Source: Akkermansia muciniphila (lineage in GTDB: Bacteria; Bacillota; Clostridia; Oscillospirales; CAG-272). Taken from it: 64,000 nucleotides of DNA. Of this stretch, positions 58,212 to 64,000 are shown one piece after another. The first letter of the stretch is position 1. Each line of letters begins with the position of its first letter. The stretch is taken from NCBI GenBank assembly GCA_963611795.1, contig CAVDSZ010000008.1, forward strand, positions 24,715-88,714, given 5' to 3'. Under the pieces are notes generated by a model. It saw nothing but the letters and a program-made list of their open reading frames with translations. It was not told where the DNA came from and did not search any database. Position numbers and translations under genes: made by a program.

Positions 58212-59147
58212 ATGGCAGAACGCAGTGTAAAAGAAATCAACCGGGCGGTGGAGGGCGACCTCCGGGCGACCGTCGCGGAGGCGGAGGAGGAATACCGCGC
58301 ACACCTCGACGACCTTGCGGATAAGATTGTACTGCGCGGCACGCGCGTGGTGCTGCTCGCGGGTCCCAGCAGCTCCGGTAAGACGACGACCGCCAATATG
58401 CTGGCGGATCGGCTCCGACAGGGCGGACACCCGGCGACCGTCATCTCGCTCGATGATTTCTACTATTCCAAAGACGATCCGCTCTACCCCCGCACGCCGG
58501 AGGGTGGGCTTGACTATGAAACGCCGCACGCCCTGCGCCTGGATTTAATCCGGCAGACGATTCGGCGAATTCTGCGCGGAGAGGCGGCACCGCTCCCGAA
58601 GTTCGATTTCAAAATCGGGCGGCGCTGGGATAACGCCTCCGTCGTCGATATCCCCCGCGGAGGATGCGCCATTATCGAGGGGCTTCATGCCCTAAACCCG
58701 CTGATGACAGAGGGCATCGACACGGGCGCCGTCGCGCGCGTCTTTGTCAGTGTATCGACCAACATCAGCGACGAGGGGCATCGCCTGCTCTCCGGCAGGA
58801 AAATCCGCTTCATCCGCCGCCTCACGCGAGACTACCTCTACCGTGCCTCGGGCGTCGATCGCACGCTTTCGCTCTGGCAGGGCGTGCTTGCGGGAGAAAA
58901 CCGCTATCTCTACCCGTTCAAAGATACGGCGGAATTCCGTTTTGACACCTTCCACCTCTACGAGCTAGGCGTCATGCGCCCCTTCGCCGAGCGGGTGCTC
59001 GCCGAGGATCCGACCGTCCGCAATCCTTACCTCGACGTCATTCGCGAGGCACTCACGCATTTCAGGACGGTGCCGCTCGAAGAGGTCCCGGAGACGTCCC
59101 TGATTCGTGAGTTTGTCCCCGGCGGTATCTACGAGAGCCTTTACTGA
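58212..59147 (+). CDS. Uridine-kinase/phosphoribulokinase-family P-loop NTPase
   Basis: VLLAGPSSSGKTTTANMLADRL P-loop and ISLDDFYY. 311 aa. Substrate not inferable. Confidence 0.7.
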   Translation: MAERSVKEINRAVEGDLRATVAEAEEEYRAHLDDLADKIVLRGTRVVLLAGPSSSGKTTTANMLADRLRQGGHPATVISLDDFYYSKDDPLYPRTPEGGLDYETPHALRLDLIRQTIRRILRGEAAPLPKFDFKIGRRWDNASVVDIPRGGCAIIEGLHALNPLMTEGIDTGAVARVFVSVSTNISDEGHRLLSGRKIRFIRRLTRDYLYRASGVDRTLSLWQGVLAGENRYLYPFKDTAEFRFDTFHLYELGVMRPFAERVLAEDPTVRNPYLDVIREALTHFRTVPLEEVPETSLIREFVPGGIYESLY

Positions 59148-59233
59148 ACCACGCATACCCACCCCAATCCGATACCGCCCAAAACGAAACGCCCCCGGTC
59201 ATATCTGCCGGGGGCGTTCTTGTATTGATTCGT

Positions 59234-60607
59234 TTACCGCAAATGCAGTTGCAACGTGCAGACGCCGAAGAGGACCGCGAGGAACAGTGCGTTGACCCAG
59301 GTAAAGCGGAGGAGATACCGCCCGGCACCGCCCGGGTTGGCGTGCAGATAGGTACGAAGAGTGATGAGGCTCGCCATGGAAGAAATGAGCGTCCCCACCC
59401 CGCCGATATTCACCCCGAGCAGGAGCGGGCGCCAGTCCGTCGCGAAACCCGCGAGCAGGATTGCCGTCGGCACATTGGAGATTACCTGGCACGACAGCGT
59501 CGAGACGAGAAGCGCGTTCCGGGAGAGGAGCGACGAGAAGAAGTGCCCGACGGCAGGGATTCGCACCATGTTCCCCGAGAAGATGAAGAAGCAAACGAAC
59601 GTGAGGAGCAACGGATAGTCCACATCGCGGAACGCGCGCCTGTCGGCGATAAGGAGCGTCAGCACCACCGCCGCGAGCGCCGCGTAATACGGGAGCAAAC
59701 GAAAGACCGAGAGAATCACGAGCAGAAACACGCTGAGGTACACCCCCGTGCGTACACGCGGAAGGGGCGCAGACGGACGCTCCCGTACCCGGATTGGCTC
59801 CCGCGGGAAAAAGACAAAGCACAGAACGGTGATGATTGCCATGGCGACGAGGAACGGAGGGAGCATCGTCAGCGTAAACGCCCCGGTCGGAATGCGGAAA
59901 TAGCCGTAGAGATACAGGTTCTGCGGGTTGCCGAACGGCGTCAGCATGCCGCCGAGGTTTGCGGCGGCATTCTGGAGAACAAACGCAAACGCCATATGAC
60001 GCTCTTCCCCGGTCGAAGTCAGCACATAGCACGACAGCGGCAGAAAGGTCAGGAGTGCCATATCATTCGCAATCAGCATGGAACCGATGAACGTGATGTA
60101 CGTCAGGGCGAGCATACAGGCACGGAGCGAGCCGGTCAAAGCCACGATGCGCTCCGCGAGGACGGTGAAAAAACGGATATGCCGCAGTGCCGCCACGACA
60201 GCAAGCGTCGAGAACAGGCAGGACAGTGTGGAGAAATCAATGTAGGAAAGATACGTTTTATTGGGCGGGACAAGGAAAGCCGTCACCAGCGCCGCCGCGA
60301 AAGCGACAAGTAAAACGACATTGTGCCGGGCAAACCGCAAGACGGCAGTCAGGACACGCCGCGCGTCACGGGGCGCACTCACCGTGGCAGACGACGCATC
60401 GGCGGCAGGCGGTGCACCCACCGTGCCTGCGTCGCGTTCGTTATTCGTTATGCCCATAGCAGCCGCTGTCCCTTCTGTCGCCGTTTTCGTCGTCGCCATC
60501 GGCATTATTTTATCGACGCCGCACTTTCTGCCGGTGTCTGCATCGCTCAGGGGAACAGCGGTGGCTTCGGAGGGCGTATGCGTCTCCGAGAAAACCGAAT
60601 CGGTCAT
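59234..60607 (-). CDS. ArsB/NhaD-superfamily (citrate-transporter-like) anion permease
   Basis: More than 10 TM segments. Start set at ATG 60607 (MTDSVF, RBS AAGGAAG), because the longer ORF runs through tRNA-Leu and its terminator. Confidence 0.7.
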   Translation of the reverse strand: MTDSVFSETHTPSEATAVPLSDADTGRKCGVDKIMPMATTKTATEGTAAAMGITNNERDAGTVGAPPAADASSATVSAPRDARRVLTAVLRFARHNVVLLVAFAAALVTAFLVPPNKTYLSYIDFSTLSCLFSTLAVVAALRHIRFFTVLAERIVALTGSLRACMLALTYITFIGSMLIANDMALLTFLPLSCYVLTSTGEERHMAFAFVLQNAAANLGGMLTPFGNPQNLYLYGYFRIPTGAFTLTMLPPFLVAMAIITVLCFVFFPREPIRVRERPSAPLPRVRTGVYLSVFLLVILSVFRLLPYYAALAAVVLTLLIADRRAFRDVDYPLLLTFVCFFIFSGNMVRIPAVGHFFSSLLSRNALLVSTLSCQVISNVPTAILLAGFATDWRPLLLGVNIGGVGTLISSMASLITLRTYLHANPGGAGRYLLRFTWVNALFLAVLFGVCTLQLHLR

Positions 60608-60644
60608 AGAAAAACTTCCTTTTAGGATTCCGATAACGGAAAAG

Positions 60645-60673
60645 TAAGGACCCGCGCCACGGGGGCGCGGGTC
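60645..60673 (-). terminator. Terminator after tRNA-Leu
   Basis: Minus strand: GACCCGCGCCCCCGTGGCGCGGGTC, then CTTACTTTT. Confidence 0.75.
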
Positions 60674-60762
60674 TGGTACCGATGACCGGGCTCGAACCGG
60701 TACGGGAGGTAAGTCCCATCGGATTTTAAGTCCGAGGCGTCTGCCAATTCCGCCACATCGGC
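60674..60762 (-). tRNA. tRNA-Leu (anticodon UAA), class II with long variable arm
   Basis: Minus strand: GCCGATGTGGCGGAATTGGCAGACGCCTCGGACTTAAAATCCGATGGGACTTACCTCCCGTACCGGTTCGAGCCCGGTCATCGGTACCA (89 nt, CCA encoded). Confidence 0.92.
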
Positions 60763-60775
60763 TGGTAACGGGAAA

Positions 60776-60804
60776 ATTATAGCACGGGGCGGGCAAAAAG
60801 TCAA
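60776..60804 (-). promoter_or_regulatory. Sigma-A promoter of tRNA-Leu
   Basis: Minus strand: TTGACT (60799-60804), 17-nt spacer, TATAAT (60776-60781). The tRNA 5' end lies 14 nt downstream. Confidence 0.75.
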
Positions 60805-60839
60805 CGCGGACACGTCAAAAGAAGAAAAAACAGATTTGT

Positions 60840-61510
60840 CAAGCTCGCTTTCCGACTGTTGCGCAGTCTTTCTAATCCTATTTTGCGCCGGTGTGCGGAG
60901 TCACTCTGCCAACATCGAGATGATACACATTCCGACGGACATCGTAATCAATACGAATTTTTTATGCAGACCGATTCTGCCCCGTCATGGAAAAGACGCT
61001 TGGAAAGACGGCGGCGACGGCTTGTCAAGTTGGAAATATGATAAAAATTTCACCACGCACGAATAAAAAGTTGCTGACATCGCAGAATGTCAGATTGTCA
61101 GCAACTTTGGGGTTAAAAAACGCCCGAAAATGAAAAAAACGTAAAGAAATGTCGAATATTGGTTTATAGAAACAAGTTACTGACAACGCCGTTTGTCAGT
61201 AAGTCAGTAACTGTCCTCCTTGTGCAGTTTTCACAAACTTTCGGAGTTGACACAAAAAACGCAGAAAATCTTCATATTAACCTCTATTCATCAGTGTTTG
61301 CATAGCCGAAAAATCGGTTTCGTAAATAATACGAATTTCTATGTCAATTTTCGCAATTCAAAATCAATCATTCTCTCCCCTGTCATCACGCCGCCGTTCC
61401 GGCGATGACGTGCGCACTTCCCTTGCTCCGTCACACTTCCTTTGTCCGGCTTTCCGTTCGATTTTTGCCAAAAAGTGTTTTGGAAAGCGCACTTTGCATC
61501 TCGTAATCCT
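60840..61510. other. AT-rich non-coding island with paired TGACA-rich hairpins
   Basis: No credible ORF. Two 60-nt lines counted by hand give 24/60 and 21/60 G+C, against a clearly GC-rich flank. Hairpins at 61068-61107 and 61176-61211. AATACGAATTT motif at 60950-60960 and 61327-61337. Confidence 0.6.
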
Positions 61511-61555
61511 ATAAAACACCCGCCGGACTGTTTAAGTACGGCGGGTGTTTTGTGT
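61511..61555. terminator. Bidirectional terminator (serves mrnC on the minus strand)
   Basis: Stem ACACCCGCCG / CGGCGGGTGT, with ATAAAA on the left and TTTGTGT on the right. Confidence 0.75.
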
Positions 61556-61580
61556 CGGTTCTCTTCTGCCTTCGGATTTT

Positions 61581-62084
61581 TTACCGGCAGGCGTCAAAGC
61601 CGATGATCAGCAACTTCTCGAGACGCTCCTGCGCGCCGAGGTAATCGAGCATACCGAGGACGGCTTCGTAACCGGTTGCCGTGCGATAAGTTTCTCCGCT
61701 GACGTTTTTGGGTCGGTTGATATGCGAGAGATTAAACGCGCGGCGAAAGACGTCGCGTTCCTCCTCCGTCAGTCGCTCCCGCACGGCAAGATAGGCTTTT
61801 TCCTGCATGGGCGCCGTGACGAAGCGGAGTGCCTCACGGTTCAGATCCTTCGCGTGTGAAATCCCCTGTCCGACGAGTTGCCGCCGCACGAACCGCGTAT
61901 GCACCGCGTCCCCGAGGAACGCGAGCGCCGCGACCGAGGGGAGCGCACGCGGTGTTACGCCCGCCGCGCGGCAGACACCCGCATCGGGTATGTCATTCCT
62001 ATCCGCATGATTGTGCGTTTCGGTTCCCCGCTCCGGCACTGTTCCGGTTCCCTGTTCCGTCGCCGTTCCCGTCTCCCCCGTCAT
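61581..62084 (-). CDS. mrnC: Mini-ribonuclease III
   Basis: LAFLGDAVHTRFVR... and TATGYEAVLGMLDYLG (RNase III-like catalytic residues). It has a low-complexity Thr/Gly-rich N-terminal extension of about 45 aa. Confidence 0.85.
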   Translation of the reverse strand: MTGETGTATEQGTGTVPERGTETHNHADRNDIPDAGVCRAAGVTPRALPSVAALAFLGDAVHTRFVRRQLVGQGISHAKDLNREALRFVTAPMQEKAYLAVRERLTEEERDVFRRAFNLSHINRPKNVSGETYRTATGYEAVLGMLDYLGAQERLEKLLIIGFDACR

Positions 62085-63322
62085 TTTGTGAGTTCCTTAA
62101 CGCTGACGCCCTCGGTAGTCATCTCTGCGATGGCGTCGAATCCGTATGCCTCACACCGGGCAATCAGTTTGCCGACCTTGCCCGCTTTTTCAATCAGACT
62201 GACATCGGCGGTCTCACGCATTTCTTCTGCCGCGCGTGCCGCTTCGACGAGTTGGTCTGGATAGTAGAGCATCGCCACACGGCGGCGCGAGGTCGGGGGC
62301 GTAAAGCCGCGATCTGCGAGAATCGCGCAGATGCGCTCGAAGCCGATGGAAAACCCGACGGCAGGCACGTCCTCCCCGAGGAATTTCCCAATCAGGTGGT
62401 CATATCTGCCGCCGCCCGCAATCGCCCCGCGGAACTCCGCGGAGCGCACCTCAAAGACGGGGCCGGTATAGTATCCCTGTCCGCGAATGAGCGTGATATC
62501 GAACACGAGCGGCACCGTGCCGTCGGTAATCGCGGCAACACTCTCGGTGATGAACCGCAGACGCTCGGCGGGTGCGGAATCATCTAGGTACGACGCGGCT
62601 TTTTCAAGTGAAACGGTGCCGTCCGCCATCAGCGCGGCAATGCCCCCGACGACCTCCGACCGGAGCCCTTTCTCATTCAGTTCCGCGACAACGCCGTCAA
62701 GACCGATTTTATCGAGTTTATCGAGCGAGATACACACGCTGTCGCGCAGCTCGTCCGGTACGCCGATTTTGCGGAGTACGCCGGTCAGCAGCGCGCGGTC
62801 ATTGATATGGATTGTGAACTTGTCCATACCGATTTTGCGGAGCGCCTTTGCCGTCGTGCAGATGAGATCCACCTCGCAGGTGGGGGAGGCGGAGCCGAGA
62901 ATGTCGATATCGCATTGTACAAACTCGCGCAGTCTGCCCTTCTGCGGGCGTTCCGCACGCCAGACACGGTCGGTCTGAATGCACTTTGCCGGCGTGAACA
63001 GATTCTGCCGGTTGCAGGCGTAGTAGCGGGAGAGCGGGAGTGTCAGATCGTAGCGCAGCCCCATGTCGGAGAGTCCTTTTTCATCGCCCCCGGCAAGTGC
63101 CGCCGCGAGTTTTTCCCCGCGCTTGAGCACCTTGAAGATCAGGTTCAGGTTGTCGCCGCCCTCGCTCTTGTCGATGTTCTCGGCGTCCTCAAGCGCCGGT
63201 GTGCTGATTCGCTCATATCCGGCGGCGCGGTACACGTCGAGAATCGTCGTCTGTAAATAGTCACGCAGGGCGACCTGTCGCGGCAGATAGTCGCACATTC
63301 CCTTAAGAGGTTGCGTTTTCAT
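62081..63322 (-). CDS. hisS: Histidyl-tRNA synthetase
   Basis: Class II motifs (KGMCDYLP..., FRAERPQKGRLREF, GGGRYDHL) plus a C-terminal anticodon-binding domain. Confidence 0.88.
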   Translation of the reverse strand: MKTQPLKGMCDYLPRQVALRDYLQTTILDVYRAAGYERISTPALEDAENIDKSEGGDNLNLIFKVLKRGEKLAAALAGGDEKGLSDMGLRYDLTLPLSRYYACNRQNLFTPAKCIQTDRVWRAERPQKGRLREFVQCDIDILGSASPTCEVDLICTTAKALRKIGMDKFTIHINDRALLTGVLRKIGVPDELRDSVCISLDKLDKIGLDGVVAELNEKGLRSEVVGGIAALMADGTVSLEKAASYLDDSAPAERLRFITESVAAITDGTVPLVFDITLIRGQGYYTGPVFEVRSAEFRGAIAGGGRYDHLIGKFLGEDVPAVGFSIGFERICAILADRGFTPPTSRRRVAMLYYPDQLVEAARAAEEMRETADVSLIEKAGKVGKLIARCEAYGFDAIAEMTTEGVSVKELTK

Positions 63323-63355
63323 GGTAACACCTCGTCTGTTTCGTCATTCCATTTC

Positions 63356-63384
63356 ATTCTACCAGTCACGCACCGTGTTGTCAA
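63356..63384 (-). promoter_or_regulatory. Sigma-A promoter of hisS-mrnC
   Basis: Minus strand: TTGACA (63379-63384), 17-nt spacer, TAGAAT (63356-63361). The short leader has no T-box motif. Confidence 0.65.
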
Positions 63385-63416
63385 GAAAAACAGGCAGGCA
63401 TCACCTGCCTGCCTGT
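63384..63416 (-). terminator. Terminator after lipoprotein gene
   Basis: Minus strand: ACAGGCAGGCA..TGCCTGCCTGT followed by TTTTTC. Confidence 0.7.
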
Positions 63417-63452
63417 CTGTATTCTACGCATTTTCACATGACCGACGAGACC

Positions 63453-63917
63453 TTACGCCCCGTGTGTGATTTCGACGGAGAACGCGGCGCTTTCCGCCGC
63501 GGCACGCACCGACGCGATTCCCGAGAGCCCCGATACCGTCACGCTCTGCGCCTCTCCGATTGGGATATCCGCCACGATACTCTGATCCGCGCAAACGTAC
63601 AGCCGCAGGTTCCCTGCCGTGAGGCTCGATGTTACCGTAAAGCGATACGTGATATCCGGGTCGGCATCAAACGTGTAGAGTTCCTCCACCCCGGACATTT
63701 TCTTGACGCGGAAACGGCAGACGCCTTTTCGATCGGAACGCATAGCCCCCTGTTTAACCACCTGCGGCATCGTATCCACAAGATCGGCATCGGTCAGGGT
63801 CGCAAGAGTCGCGTTTTCCGCCCCGTTTGTATCTTCAATCTGCAGAATAGACGCGTCACACGCGACCGTCGCAAAGACAGAGAGTACCAGTACCGCGCAT
63901 AGCAGCAATTTCTTCAT
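63453..63917 (-). CDS. Lipoprotein of unknown function (154 aa)
   Basis: MKKLLLCAVLVLSVFATVAC signal/lipobox. The rest appears beta-rich, with no recognised motif. Confidence 0.6.
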   Translation of the reverse strand: MKKLLLCAVLVLSVFATVACDASILQIEDTNGAENATLATLTDADLVDTMPQVVKQGAMRSDRKGVCRFRVKKMSGVEELYTFDADPDITYRFTVTSSLTAGNLRLYVCADQSIVADIPIGEAQSVTVSGLSGIASVRAAAESAAFSVEITHGA

Positions 63918-64000
63918 ATTTCATACCCCTCCGGATTATCGGAATCCCCATTTTTCTCTTTCATCATAGCACAAGCCCTGTATTTTTGCAAGGCATTCTG

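Noticed and set aside
59234-60796. The full 520-aa ORF as the permease gene.
   Set aside because: Its first 63 codons run through tRNA-Leu (60674-60762) and the tRNA terminator. An internal ATG at 60607 with an RBS gives a normal-length permease.
61220-61408. A 62-aa ORF inside the AT-rich island.
   Set aside because: It has no RBS, a composition driven by AT-richness (Phe/Ile/Asn/Lys-rich), and crosses hairpin and motif repeats. It is more likely non-coding.

Overview
This is a chromosomal window with about 60% G+C. It most likely comes from a spore-forming Firmicute of the class Clostridia. Supporting signals are a spoIIAA-spoIIAB-sigF operon, a CIRCE operator in front of groES-groEL, a T-box leader on valS, and Bacillus-like gene order across yicC-remA-rpoZ-priA-def-fmt-rsmB-rlmN-rsgA.

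Most of the window is housekeeping: prfC, rluD, lspA, sepF, der, obg, nrdR, rplJL, valS, thiI, groESL, udk, tyrS, trmK, prfB, hisS and mrnC. It also holds a Cd/Zn-type P1B-ATPase operon and two tRNAs (an initiator-like tRNA-Met and tRNA-Leu-UAA). The stretch from 42.7 to 54.8 kb is richer in accessory and decaying genes. It contains a TauE pseudogene, an XRE-membrane gene interrupted by an amber codon, a binding-protein remnant, and MerR, GGDEF and XRE genes. I saw no rRNA, CRISPR array, intact transposase, prophage or recognisable defence operon.

The most unusual content is non-coding. A family of ORF-less elements about 100-310 bp long occupies at least five intergenic loci, roughly 2 kb in total:
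- 7.36-7.97 kb
- 26.9-27.1 kb (degenerate copy)
- 37.03-37.12 kb
- 50.48-51.03 kb
- 57.68-58.13 kb

The elements are bounded by terminal inverted repeats (CGAGACAAGAGA / TCTCTTGTCTCG). Every copy has the same orientation as the gene upstream of it. Each carries a terminator-like hairpin with a conserved base (GGCAACCGA...TCGGTTGCC). Four copies also carry a double-hairpin core that shows compensatory base changes. Two genes (the rsmF-like gene and tyrS) take their last codons and stop codon from the element.

All coordinates were counted by hand and may be off by a few nt. All functional calls rest on motif recognition in the supplied translations, not on database searches.
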